From an uncultured Woeseiaceae bacterium (GTDB lineage Bacteria; Pseudomonadota; Gammaproteobacteria; Steroidobacterales; PWYM01), in the NCBI GenBank assembly GCA_964384925.1, contig CAYLNP010000002.1:1-50230 (forward strand): a DNA stretch of 50,230 nt, read 5' to 3'. A model generated the notes under the pieces. That model made no database searches. It was not told the DNA's origin and saw nothing but the letters and a program-made list of their open reading frames with translations. The position numbers and the translations under genes were made by a program. Shown piece by piece: positions 8,208 through 17,549 of this stretch (positions are counted from its first letter, which is position 1; each line of letters opens with the position of its first letter).

Positions 8208-9323
8208 ATGAAGCGACGTGCCTTCGTAACCACACTCGGCGCCGCCGGGCTTGCGGCCTGTGCCAGCGAGCAGGGCGATGCGCCCGCCGGCGACCAGCAG
8301 CGCTTCACATGGCGGATGGTCACGACCTGGCCGCCGAATTTCCCCGGCCTGGGCTCGGGCGCGGCCAACCTGGCCAGGCTGATCGGTGAGGCCAGCGCCG
8401 GGCGCCTGCGCATCCAGGTGCTCGCGGCGGGGGAACTGGTCCCCGCCTTCGAGGTCTTCGACAGCGTCTCGCGGGGCACTGCGGAGATGGGCCACGGCGC
8501 CTCCTACTACTGGCGCAACCGCAGCGAGGCTGCGCAGCTGTTCACCTCGGTGCCGTTCGGTCTCAACGCCCAGGAGATGGATGCCTGGCTGTACTACGGT
8601 GGCGGTCTCGAGCTGTGGCGCGAGGTCTACGCGCCTTTCGGTGTCGTGCCCTTTCCGGCCGGCAACACGGGCGTACAGATGGGCGGGTGGTTTCGCCGCG
8701 AGATCAATTCACCGGCGGATCTCGAGAACCTGCGCATGCGCATCCCCGGGCTGGGCGGTGAGGTGCTGCGACGCGCCGGCGGCACACCCGTGACATTGCC
8801 CGGTTCGGAGATCTTCACGACGCTGCAGCGCGGTGGCATCGAGGCGGCCGAATGGGTCGGACCCTACAACGACGTGGCCTTCGGCCTGCACCAGGCAGCG
8901 CGCTACTACTACTACCCGGGTTGGCAGGAGCCGGGCCCGACGCTGGAGTGCATCATCAACCAGCAGGCCTGGGAGAGGCTTCCGGCAGACCTGCAGGCCA
9001 TCGTGCGCATCGCCTGTCAGGCGATCAACTGCGATATGCTCGCCGAGTACGCGGCGCGCAATGCGCGCTCACTGCGTCAGCTGCTCGACGAGGGTCGCAC
9101 CGAACTCAGGCGCTTCCCCGACAGCGTGCTGGCGCGGCTGCGCGACATCAGTGAGCGCCTGATGGCCGAGCTCGCCGAGCGCGACGAGATCTTCGCCCGC
9201 GTGTGGGCCTCGCAGCGTGATTTCCGCACGCTGTCCGCGCCCTGGCAGGCCATCTCCGAACAGGCCGTGCTGGACATGCGTGAACCTGTCGTGCCTGCCA
9301 GCGGGGCTGACGCTCAGCCATAG
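8208..9323 (+). CDS. TRAP transporter substrate-binding protein (DctP-type, COG4663-like) with a twin-arginine-type signal and a lipobox
   Basis: ORF 8016-9323. The start at 8208 gives MKRRAFVTTLGAAGLAACAS. The body reads FTWRMVTTWPPNFPGLG...GHGASYYW...GNTGVQMGGWFRREI...EAAEWVGPYND. Confidence 0.9.
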   Translation: MKRRAFVTTLGAAGLAACASEQGDAPAGDQQRFTWRMVTTWPPNFPGLGSGAANLARLIGEASAGRLRIQVLAAGELVPAFEVFDSVSRGTAEMGHGASYYWRNRSEAAQLFTSVPFGLNAQEMDAWLYYGGGLELWREVYAPFGVVPFPAGNTGVQMGGWFRREINSPADLENLRMRIPGLGGEVLRRAGGTPVTLPGSEIFTTLQRGGIEAAEWVGPYNDVAFGLHQAARYYYYPGWQEPGPTLECIINQQAWERLPADLQAIVRIACQAINCDMLAEYAARNARSLRQLLDEGRTELRRFPDSVLARLRDISERLMAELAERDEIFARVWASQRDFRTLSAPWQAISEQAVLDMREPVVPASGADAQP

Positions 9324-10684
9324 AGCCTTCCCGGCAACCAGGTCGCAAGCTGCGGCCATGCGGCAAGGATGGCGAGCATCAGCAGCTGCAGCGCCACGAA
9401 CGGTATCGCGCCGCGATAAATGTCCTTGGTCTCCAGCGTCGCTGGTGCCACCCCACGCAGGTAGAACAGTGCAAAGCCGAACGGCGGGGTCAGAAACGAG
9501 GTCTGCAGGTTGATGGCGATCATGATGCCCAGCCAGACCGGATCCACGCCCATCATCAGCAGGATCGGCCCGACGATTGGCACCACCACAAAAGTGATCT
9601 CGATAAAGTCGAGCACGAAGCCCAGCAGAAACATCGCCAGCATCACGGCGAGCATAGCGCCGAACACGCCCCCGGGAAGTCCCGTGAGCAGCTGATGGAC
9701 CAGCACATCGCCGCCGAAGCCGCGGAAGGCCAGCGAGAACAGCGATGCGCCGATGAGGATCAGGAACACCATGCTGCTGATGCGCACGGTGCTGCCGGTG
9801 ACCTCACGCAGGCGCTCCAGCGTGAGCTGGCGCCGGCCGGCGGCCAGCAGCAGAGCACCGAGCGCGCCAACACCGGCGGCTTCCGTCGGGGTGGCCAGAC
9901 CGCCGATGATCGAGCCGAGCACGGCGAGCACCAGCGCCAGCGGTGGCATCAGTGCACCCAGCAGGCCCCAGGTGAAGCGACGCGTGCCCTCGGGCAGGGG
10001 CGTCTGCGGCATGCTCGCCGGCTGAATCAGCGCGCGCAGGCTCAGGTAGGCGATGTACAGCCCGACCAGCAGCACGCCGGGGATCAGCGCGCCGGCGAAC
10101 AGGTCGCCCACGGCCACCGTTTTCGGTGAAAAGATGCCCTGCTGCAGCTGCGCCTGCTGGTAGGCCGAGGACAGCACGTCACCGAGCAGCACCAGGATGA
10201 TCGAGGGCGGCACGATCTGGCCCAGTGTTCCGGCCGCACAGATCGTGCCTGCGGCGATGCCTGGTCGGTAACCGTTTCGCAGCATCGTCGGCAGGGCCAG
10301 CAGGCCCATGGTCACCACGGTCGCACCGACGATGCCGGTGCTGGCGGCCAGCAGCAGCCCGACCACCATCACGGCGATGCCCAGCCCACCGTGCATGCCG
10401 GTGAATACGCGCCCGAGACTGTCAAGCAGGTCCTCGGCCAGCCGGGCGCGCTCGAGCATCACGCCCATGAACACGAACAGCGGCACGGCGACGAGGGTCT
10501 CGTTGGTCATGATGCCGAACACGCGGTTGGGCATGCTGGCCAGCAGCACCAGATCGAAGCTGCCTGTGACCACACCGATCAGCGCAAACCACAGCGACAC
10601 GCCGGCCAGCGTGAACGCCACCGGAAAGCCGGCCATCAGCGCGACCACCACGCCGAAAAACATCACGATCGCGATCCAGCCCAC
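9314..10684 (-). CDS. TRAP transporter large permease subunit (DctM-type)
   Basis: ORF 9314-10900. The first ~70 codons are Arg/Pro-rich and overlap dctQ. The GTG at 10684 (2 nt after the dctQ stop) or the ATG at 10663 is preferred. The rest is a long polytopic sequence: MFFGVVVALMAGFPVAFTLAG...LFVFMGVMLE... Confidence 0.9.
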   Translation of the reverse strand: MGWIAIVMFFGVVVALMAGFPVAFTLAGVSLWFALIGVVTGSFDLVLLASMPNRVFGIMTNETLVAVPLFVFMGVMLERARLAEDLLDSLGRVFTGMHGGLGIAVMVVGLLLAASTGIVGATVVTMGLLALPTMLRNGYRPGIAAGTICAAGTLGQIVPPSIILVLLGDVLSSAYQQAQLQQGIFSPKTVAVGDLFAGALIPGVLLVGLYIAYLSLRALIQPASMPQTPLPEGTRRFTWGLLGALMPPLALVLAVLGSIIGGLATPTEAAGVGALGALLLAAGRRQLTLERLREVTGSTVRISSMVFLILIGASLFSLAFRGFGGDVLVHQLLTGLPGGVFGAMLAVMLAMFLLGFVLDFIEITFVVVPIVGPILLMMGVDPVWLGIMIAINLQTSFLTPPFGFALFYLRGVAPATLETKDIYRGAIPFVALQLLMLAILAAWPQLATWLPGRLYG

Positions 10685-10686
10685 GC

Positions 10687-11205
10687 TCAGTGCTCCCGGG
10701 GGCTGATGCCCATCAGGCTGGCGAGATCGCGGATCGACAGCGCAACGCCCTGGAGCAGCAACAGCACGGCCGTCAGCGGGATCACGGATTTGAGCAGCGG
10801 TGTGAAGGGATAGGGCAGGCCACCTGCTTCGCGGGACTGCTCGCGAAAGCGCCACGCGTCCTGCACATAGTCCAGGCTCTGGACGAACAGAAAGATGCAC
10901 ACGGGCGCGAGAAACACTACGGTGCCGACGATGCGCACGAGCGCCTGACGCCTGACGGTCATGCCGCGATAGAGGATGTCCACACGGACGTGTTCGTCAC
11001 GCTGCAGTGTCCACGCCGCTGCAAGCATGAAGGCTGCCGCGTGCAGCCAGGTCACGGACTCCTGCATCCAGATCCAGCCGAGTCCGAACACCGAGCGCAG
11101 CACCACCACCGTGCACATCAGCACCACCATCAGCAGCGCAAACCACGCCACCGCACGACCCAGCCCGTCGCAGAGTGCATCGATCATTGCCAGCACCCGG
11201 GTCAT
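10687..11205 (-). CDS. TRAP transporter small permease subunit (DctQ-type)
   Basis: The internal ATG at 11205 of ORF 10687-11805 gives 172 aa: MTRVLAMIDALCDGLGRAVAWFALLMVVLM...RDEHVRVDILY. Four hydrophobic segments. The upstream extension is Arg/Gly-rich junk. Confidence 0.85.
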   Translation of the reverse strand: MTRVLAMIDALCDGLGRAVAWFALLMVVLMCTVVVLRSVFGLGWIWMQESVTWLHAAAFMLAAAWTLQRDEHVRVDILYRGMTVRRQALVRIVGTVVFLAPVCIFLFVQSLDYVQDAWRFREQSREAGGLPYPFTPLLKSVIPLTAVLLLLQGVALSIRDLASLMGISPREH

Positions 11206-11522
11206 CGGTCGCGCTTCAGCCGGCGCAGGAAAACCTGCATCTCGCGGGCCGCCTGCAGATCTCCCCGCGCGGTGGCCACCTCGATGCCCTGTTCCCAGGC
11301 GCGCTGCGCACCGGCGGTGTCCCCGCTCGAGCGCAGTGCACGGCCGAGCAGCTTCCACGCCGCCGAATAGCCGGCATCCTGCGCGACCGCCTGCTGAAGG
11401 TGCGCGATGGCCGCCGCGGCGTCGTCGTGCTGCAGGCACAGATTGCCCAGCGAGAAGCGCAGCAGGGCGCTGTCCTGCCCGCGGGCGAGCATGGCTTCGA
11501 GATTGCCGCGCACATTCGCCAT
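11202..11522 (-). CDS. Small cytoplasmic tetratricopeptide-repeat protein (106 aa), function unknown
   Basis: Reads MANVRGNLEAMLARGQDSALLRFSLGNLCLQHDDAAAAIAHLQQAVAQDAGYSAAWKLLGRAL...REMQVFLRRL. It has TPR-like helical hairpins and no signal peptide. The stop overlaps the dctQ ATG (ATGA). Confidence 0.7.
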   Translation of the reverse strand: MANVRGNLEAMLARGQDSALLRFSLGNLCLQHDDAAAAIAHLQQAVAQDAGYSAAWKLLGRALRSSGDTAGAQRAWEQGIEVATARGDLQAAREMQVFLRRLKRDR

Positions 11523-11543
11523 GCCGCGCTCCCGGCCAGCCGC

Positions 11544-13010
11544 TCAGCGACGCCAGAAGGCCGGCGTGAGCAGCACCAGCACGGTGAAGACCTCCAGTCG
11601 GCCCACCAGCATGCCGAAGATGCCGGTCCAGCGCGCGATCATGTTGACCTCGCCAAAGCCGGCGGCGACATCGCCCAGGCCCGGGCCGAGCACGTTCAGG
11701 GTCGCCGCGGTCGCCGAGAACGCGGTGATCTGGTCCAGCCCGCTTGCCAGCATCACCAGCATCATCAGCGCGAATACGATCATGTAGACCGAGAAGAAGC
11801 CCCACACCGCTTCAATGACGCGGTCAGGGACCGCCCGGCTGCCCAGCTTCACCGGCATGATCGCCGCCGGGTGCACCAGTCGGCGCAGCTCGCGGTCACC
11901 CTGCTTGAGCACCAGCAGCCAGCGCACCACTTTCATGCCGGCAGCGGTGGACCCTGCGCACCCGCCCACGAAGCTGATCAGGATCAGCAACACCGGCAGC
12001 GCCCCTGGCCAGTTCGAAAAATCGGCGCTGCCAAAACCCGTGCTGGTACCAAACGAGACCACCTGGAACAGGCCCTTGATGAAGGCCCGATCGAAGCGGT
12101 CGTAGACGCCGGCGGACATCAGGTAGGCCACGACGATGAGCGTGATCACGCAGTAGAACGTCAGGTAGGCCTTGAACTCGGCATCCTGCAAGTAGTGCTT
12201 CAGGGAAGGTGCGCGCCAGGCCAGGAAGTGCAGCGAGAAGTTGATGCCGCCGATGAACATGAACGTCACGGCGATCAGCTCGATCAGCGGACTGTCGAAA
12301 TAGCCGATGCTCGCATCGCGCGTGGAGAATCCGCCCGTCGCCACGGTCGCGAAGCTGTGGCAGATGGCATCGAAGGCGCTCATGCCCGCCGCCCAGTACG
12401 CCAGAAAGCAGCTCACCGTGAGCGTCACGTACACATACCACAGCGCACGTGCCGTCCCGGTGATGCGCGGTGTCAGCTTGTTGTCCTTGACCGGGCCTGG
12501 CGTCTCCGCGCGATACAGCTGCATGCCGCCGATGCCCAGCATCGGCAGGATCGCCACCGCCAGCAGGATGATGCCCATGCCGCCCATCCACTGCAGCTGC
12601 TGGCGATACCACAGAACCGCAGGCGCCATGTCATCGAGTCCGGTGAGCACCGTCGCGCCGGTCGTGGTCAGGCCCGACATCGACTCGAACAGCGCGTCGG
12701 TGAAGCCCATGTCCGGCACGGGCACGAGCATCAGTGGCACGCTGCCGAACAGGGGCAGCACCGTCCACATTGCCGTGGTGACGATGAATCCGTCCTTGAT
12801 GCGCAGATCCGCCGTGACCGCACGAAACGGATGCCACATCAGACCGCCGCCCAGCAGCGCGATGACCAGCGCCATGAGGAACGCAGGCCACGTGCCGTCA
12901 TCGAAGATCAGCGAGACGGCAATCGGCGGCAGCATCGCGCCGCTGAACAGCATCAGCAGCAGGCCGGTGACCTTCGAGACGATCTTCCAGTGCATCTGGG
13001 GAGGGTTCAC
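11544..13010 (-). CDS. trkH: Trk-system potassium uptake protein TrkH
   Basis: 488 aa, polytopic. Reads KVTGLLLMLFSGAMLPP...SGLTTTGATV...TGGFSTRDASI. GTG start; an alternative ATG lies 5 codons in. Confidence 0.95.
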   Translation of the reverse strand: MNPPQMHWKIVSKVTGLLLMLFSGAMLPPIAVSLIFDDGTWPAFLMALVIALLGGGLMWHPFRAVTADLRIKDGFIVTTAMWTVLPLFGSVPLMLVPVPDMGFTDALFESMSGLTTTGATVLTGLDDMAPAVLWYRQQLQWMGGMGIILLAVAILPMLGIGGMQLYRAETPGPVKDNKLTPRITGTARALWYVYVTLTVSCFLAYWAAGMSAFDAICHSFATVATGGFSTRDASIGYFDSPLIELIAVTFMFIGGINFSLHFLAWRAPSLKHYLQDAEFKAYLTFYCVITLIVVAYLMSAGVYDRFDRAFIKGLFQVVSFGTSTGFGSADFSNWPGALPVLLILISFVGGCAGSTAAGMKVVRWLLVLKQGDRELRRLVHPAAIMPVKLGSRAVPDRVIEAVWGFFSVYMIVFALMMLVMLASGLDQITAFSATAATLNVLGPGLGDVAAGFGEVNMIARWTGIFGMLVGRLEVFTVLVLLTPAFWRR

Positions 13011-13033
13011 CGCGCGGCCTCAGCGAATCCGGT

Positions 13034-14410
13034 TCAGACGAACGTCACGCCGACCTGGAACAGCCGCTCGACCGCATCGATATGGCGGCGATCCGACAGA
13101 AACAGGATGACGTGGTCTTCGGCTTCGATGACGCTGTCGTGGTGGGCGGCCATGACCTTCTCGCCGCGGACGATCGCGCTGATGGTCGCGCCCGGCGGCA
13201 GCGGTATCTCCTCGATCGGCCGACCGACGACTTTCGAGTTTTCGCGCTCGCCGTGGGCGATGGCCTCGATGGCCTCCGCCGAACCGCGTCGCAGGCTGTG
13301 CACCTTGACCACGTCGCCGCGACGCACGTGCGCCAGCAGGGAACCCAGTGTCACCTGCTGGGGTGAGATGGCGATGTCGATGGTGCCCGCCTGGATCAGT
13401 TCGGCATAGGAAGGCCGATTGACCAGCGCAAGCACACGATGGGCTCCGAGCCGTTTGGCCAACATCGCCGAGAGTATGTTCGCCTCGTCGGCGTTGGTGA
13501 CCGCACAGAACACGTCCGCACTGTCGACGTTCTCCTCCAGCAGCAGGTCCTCGTCGGCGGCATCGCCATTGAGCACGATGGCCCGGTCGAGCTGCTCGGA
13601 GATGTGCCGCGCGCGCTCCGCGTCGCGTTCGATGATCTTCACCTGGTTGGTATGCTCGAGCGCCCGCGCCAGTCGCAGCCCGATGTTGCCACCGCCGGCA
13701 ATGACCACGCGCTTCACCGGCTCATCGAGCGGGCGCATCTCCCTCATGACCGCACGGACCTGCTTGCGTCCGGCGATGAAGAACACCTCGTCATCTTCGA
13801 TGATCAGGGTGTCGCCATCGGGAATCATGCTCTCGCCGCCGCGATAGATCGCCACCACGCGTGCCTCGGTATTGGGCATATGCTCCGCAAGTTCACGCAA
13901 GGGGCGGTCGACCAGCCGGCCGCCGCGCTGCACGCGGGCGCCCACCATGCGCACCCGTCCTTCAGCGAAATCCAGCACCTGCAGCGCGCCCGGGTAATGA
14001 ATCAGCTGCTCGATGTACTCGGTGACCAGCTGCTCGGGGCTGATGCGCACGTCCAGTGCCACTGCATCAGACGCAAAGAGGGCATCGTGGCCCATGTACT
14101 CGGCTGCCCTTATGCGCGCGATCTTGGTGGGCGTGTGATACAGCGTGTAGGCCACCTGACAGGCCACCATGTTGACCTCGTCGCTGTCCGTCAGGGCGAT
14201 GAGGATATCCGCATCGGCGGCCCCTGCGCGCTCCAGCACATCCGGGTGCGATGCGAATCCGACCACCGTACGAAGGTCGAGACGATCCTGCAGCTCGCGC
14301 AGCACACGCGCATCGCGATCCACGATGGTGACCTCGTTGGCCTCCTCGCGCGACAGGCTGTCGGCCGCAGTCGAGCCCACCTGCCCGGCACCGAGAATGA
14401 GAATCTTCAT
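13034..14410 (-). CDS. trkA: Trk-system potassium uptake protein TrkA (two RCK/NAD-binding modules)
   Basis: 458 aa. Contains MKILILGAGQVGS and a second VVIAGGGNIGLRLA Rossmann motif. Confidence 0.95.
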   Translation of the reverse strand: MKILILGAGQVGSTAADSLSREEANEVTIVDRDARVLRELQDRLDLRTVVGFASHPDVLERAGAADADILIALTDSDEVNMVACQVAYTLYHTPTKIARIRAAEYMGHDALFASDAVALDVRISPEQLVTEYIEQLIHYPGALQVLDFAEGRVRMVGARVQRGGRLVDRPLRELAEHMPNTEARVVAIYRGGESMIPDGDTLIIEDDEVFFIAGRKQVRAVMREMRPLDEPVKRVVIAGGGNIGLRLARALEHTNQVKIIERDAERARHISEQLDRAIVLNGDAADEDLLLEENVDSADVFCAVTNADEANILSAMLAKRLGAHRVLALVNRPSYAELIQAGTIDIAISPQQVTLGSLLAHVRRGDVVKVHSLRRGSAEAIEAIAHGERENSKVVGRPIEEIPLPPGATISAIVRGEKVMAAHHDSVIEAEDHVILFLSDRRHIDAVERLFQVGVTFV

Positions 14411-14449
14411 TCGCGCACTCCGTGTCTTGCGGGCTGCACCCGCCGGGAC

Positions 14450-16621
14450 TCAGATGAATTCAAGGTTCGCGTAGGCCACCACCAGCCACTTGCTGCCGGA
14501 CTCTTCGAAATTGACCTGTACCCGTGCGTGTGATCCGGCGCCCTCCAGATTCAGCACGACACCCTCACCGAACTTGCCATGGCGCACGCGCCGACCCAGC
14601 TGAATGCCGGTGTCATCGCCGCGCAGCGAGCGTGGGGTGCCCGAAAGCGGCCGGGCGCCTGCCATGGGCCGGCTGACATGGAGATTCGGCCGGATTTCCT
14701 CGATGAGCTCCGCAGGGATCTCGCGAATGAATCTGGAGGCCACTGCGTAGTTCTCGACACCATGCAGACGACGACTCTCGGCGTAGGTCAGGTACAGCGA
14801 GCGCATCGCCCGGGTGGTGCCGACGTAGCACAGGCGCCGCTCTTCCTCCAGGCTTGCGTTGTCGTTGAGCGAACGCTGATGCGGAAACAGCCCCTCTTCG
14901 AGGCCGGCCATGAACACCAGCGGAAACTCCAGGCCCTTGGCAGAGTGCAGTGTCATCAACTGCACGCAGTCCTCCCACTTGTCCGCCTGGCCCTCGCCGG
15001 CTTCCAGCGCTGCGTGCGCGAGAAACGCCGACAGGCGTGGCAGTGCATCGTCACCTTCATCGGGGTCGAAACCCTGCGCAGCATTGACCAGTTCCTCGAG
15101 ATTCTCGACACGTGCCTCGGCGCGGTCGCCCCGCTCGGCGCGATAATGCTCCAGCAGGCCGGAGGCCGCAATCACGTGCTCGGTCTGCTCGTGAAGCTCC
15201 AGGGTGCGTGTGTTCGCCGCCAGGCCTTCGATCAGCGTCAGAAACCCGTGCAGGGCTCGCGATGCACGGGCCGCGAGCCCGTTGCCGACCAGCGCGCCGG
15301 CGGCCGTCCAGAGCGAGGCGCCGGCGCCGCGCGCATGCGCCCGAAGCTCGTCCATCGTGCGCGCGCCGATACCGCGCGTGGGCTGGTTCACCACCCGTTC
15401 AAACGATGCGTCGTCGTGGCGATTGTCGATCAGGCGCAGGTAAGCCAGCGCGTCCTTGATCTCGGCGCGTTCAAAAAATCGCAAGCCCCCGTACACCCGA
15501 TAGGGCATGCGTGCCGAGAGCAGCGCTTCTTCGAACACGCGTGACTGAGCGTTGGAGCGATACAGGATGGCGGCTTCACGGCGCAGGTGGCCCTGGGTGA
15601 CCCAGTCGCGAATCCGGTTGACGACGAACTCAGCCTCGTCGTGCTCGTTGTAGGCGGCGTATACCCGGATCGGCTCGCCTTCACTGTCATCGGTCCACAG
15701 GCTCTTGCCCAGTCGGCCGGCGTTGTTGGCGATGATCGCGTTCGCGGCCTTGAGAATGGTGGCACTTGAACGATAGTTCTGCTCGAGCTTGATCAGACGT
15801 GTGCCCGGGAAGTCACGCTGGAAGCGCTGCAGGTTTTCCACCTGCGCGCCGCGCCAGCGGTAAATCGATTGATCGTCGTCGCCGACGATGAACATCACGG
15901 AAGCGTCACCGGCCAGCACACGCAGCCACGCGTACTGGATCGCGTTCGTGTCCTGAAACTCGTCGACCAGAATATGTCGGAAGCGCCGCCGGTAATGGGC
16001 CAGCACTTCCGGATGCTCGCGCCACAGGTCGTGCGCGCGCAGCAGCAGCTCCGCAAAATCCACCACGCCTGCGCGCTCACAGGCTTCCTGGTAGGCGCGA
16101 TAGAACCGGACCAGTTCCTCTCGCGCTGGATCGTTGCGGGTGTCGATATGCTGCGGGCGCAGACCCTCGTCTTTCTGCGCATTGATGAACCACTGCACCT
16201 CCTTGGGTGACCAGCGGCTCTCGTCTGCTTCCAGGCCCTTGAGTACGCGCCGAAGCAGGCGCTGCTGATCCTCTGAATCGAGGATCTGGAAGCCCTGTGG
16301 CAGTCCGGCCTCGCGCCAGTGCAGCCGAAGCAGCCGGTGGGCCAGACCGTGGAAGGTGCCCACCCACAGCGGGCCCGATGGCATGTCCAGCAGCTGCTCG
16401 ATGCGCCCGCGCATCTCGGCGGCCGCCTTGTTGGTGAACGTTACCGCCAGCACCGACTGGGGCGACACGCCCTCGACGGCGACCAGCCACGCGATGCGAT
16501 GTACCAGCACACGCGTCTTGCCGCTGCCCGCGCCGGCCAGCACCAGCAGGGGTTCGGCCGGTGCGCTGACCGCTTCGCGTTGGGCGGGGTTGAGCTGATC
16601 CAGGATCGGCGTGACATCCAT
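14450..16621 (-). CDS. uvrD: DNA helicase II UvrD
   Basis: ORF 14450-16651. The start at MDVTPILDQLNPAQREAV is preferred. Motifs: AGAGSGKTRVL, VDEFQDTN, a C-terminal GxFGxG tail. Confidence 0.95.
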   Translation of the reverse strand: MDVTPILDQLNPAQREAVSAPAEPLLVLAGAGSGKTRVLVHRIAWLVAVEGVSPQSVLAVTFTNKAAAEMRGRIEQLLDMPSGPLWVGTFHGLAHRLLRLHWREAGLPQGFQILDSEDQQRLLRRVLKGLEADESRWSPKEVQWFINAQKDEGLRPQHIDTRNDPAREELVRFYRAYQEACERAGVVDFAELLLRAHDLWREHPEVLAHYRRRFRHILVDEFQDTNAIQYAWLRVLAGDASVMFIVGDDDQSIYRWRGAQVENLQRFQRDFPGTRLIKLEQNYRSSATILKAANAIIANNAGRLGKSLWTDDSEGEPIRVYAAYNEHDEAEFVVNRIRDWVTQGHLRREAAILYRSNAQSRVFEEALLSARMPYRVYGGLRFFERAEIKDALAYLRLIDNRHDDASFERVVNQPTRGIGARTMDELRAHARGAGASLWTAAGALVGNGLAARASRALHGFLTLIEGLAANTRTLELHEQTEHVIAASGLLEHYRAERGDRAEARVENLEELVNAAQGFDPDEGDDALPRLSAFLAHAALEAGEGQADKWEDCVQLMTLHSAKGLEFPLVFMAGLEEGLFPHQRSLNDNASLEEERRLCYVGTTRAMRSLYLTYAESRRLHGVENYAVASRFIREIPAELIEEIRPNLHVSRPMAGARPLSGTPRSLRGDDTGIQLGRRVRHGKFGEGVVLNLEGAGSHARVQVNFEESGSKWLVVAYANLEFI

Positions 16622-16673
16622 GGCGAGCATTGTAGCCCCAGCAACCCGCAACAGGGTCGAACTGCGGCCGGGA

Positions 16674-17549
16674 CTAGGGCGCGGGCAGATAGTGATCGAT
16701 GAGCAGGAAGCTGAACAGCGCCATCAGATAGGTGATCGAGTAGCTGAAGGTCTTCATCGGCAGATCGCCACGCTCCGAGAGCCGCAGGGCGATGGCGTAG
16801 TAGAGAAATCCGCCGCCCAGCGCCAGGGCGCCGAACAGGTAGAACACGCCACTCATCTGCGTGATCCATGGCAGCAGGGTGACGATCACCAGCAGGATGG
16901 TGTAAAGCAGGATGTACTGGCGCGTGAACGCCACGCCATGGGTGACCGGCAGCATCGGGATGTCGACTTTGGCGTACTCATCCCTGCGCGCGATGGCCAG
17001 CGCCCAGAAATGCGGCGGCGTCCAGATGAAGATGATCAGAAACAGCAGCAGCGCATGCGGGTCCACGCTGTTGGTCACCGCCGTCCAGCCCAGGACCGGT
17101 GGTGCCGCACCTGCCGCACCGCCGATGACGATATTCTGCGGTGTCGCACGCTTCAGGTAGACGGTGTAGATGATCGCGTAACCGATCAGTGACAGGAAGG
17201 TCAGCACGGCCGTCAGGGGATTCACCAGCACCACCAGCACCACCATCGAGAGTGCTGCGAGCAGCAGTCCGAATACGATCGCCTGGCGTTCAGTCAGGTG
17301 CCCCGTCGGCAGCGGCCGGTGGCGCGTGCGATCCATCAGCGCATCGATGCGTGCATCGAGAATGTGGTTGATCACAGCCGCCGAGGAGGCGGCCAGCCAG
17401 ATGCCCAGTGTGCCGAACACCAGCGCCTGCCAGGGCGGCATCGCAGGCACGGCGAGAAACATGCCGACCACCGCCGTGAATACGATCAGAGCCACCACGC
17501 GGGGCTTGCACAGCGCCAGGTAGTCGCCGACGCGCGGCGCCCGCTTCAT
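16674..17549 (-). CDS. cyoE: Protoheme IX farnesyltransferase (heme O synthase)
   Basis: 291 aa. Reads [20 protein letters not shown]...[21 protein letters not shown], a UbiA-superfamily fold. Confidence 0.95.
   Translation of the reverse strand: MKRAPRVGDYLALCKPRVVALIVFTAVVGMFLAVPAMPPWQALVFGTLGIWLAASSAAVINHILDARIDALMDRTRHRPLPTGHLTERQAIVFGLLLAALSMVVLVVLVNPLTAVLTFLSLIGYAIIYTVYLKRATPQNIVIGGAAGAAPPVLGWTAVTNSVDPHALLLFLIIFIWTPPHFWALAIARRDEYAKVDIPMLPVTHGVAFTRQYILLYTILLVIVTLLPWITQMSGVFYLFGALALGGGFLYYAIALRLSERGDLPMKTFSYSITYLMALFSFLLIDHYLPAP

Noticed and set aside
11175-13409. A 744-aa plus-strand ORF antisense to the TPR gene, trkH and trkA.
   Set aside because: It is a shadow ORF that runs through two genes in wrong frames and has no domain signatures.
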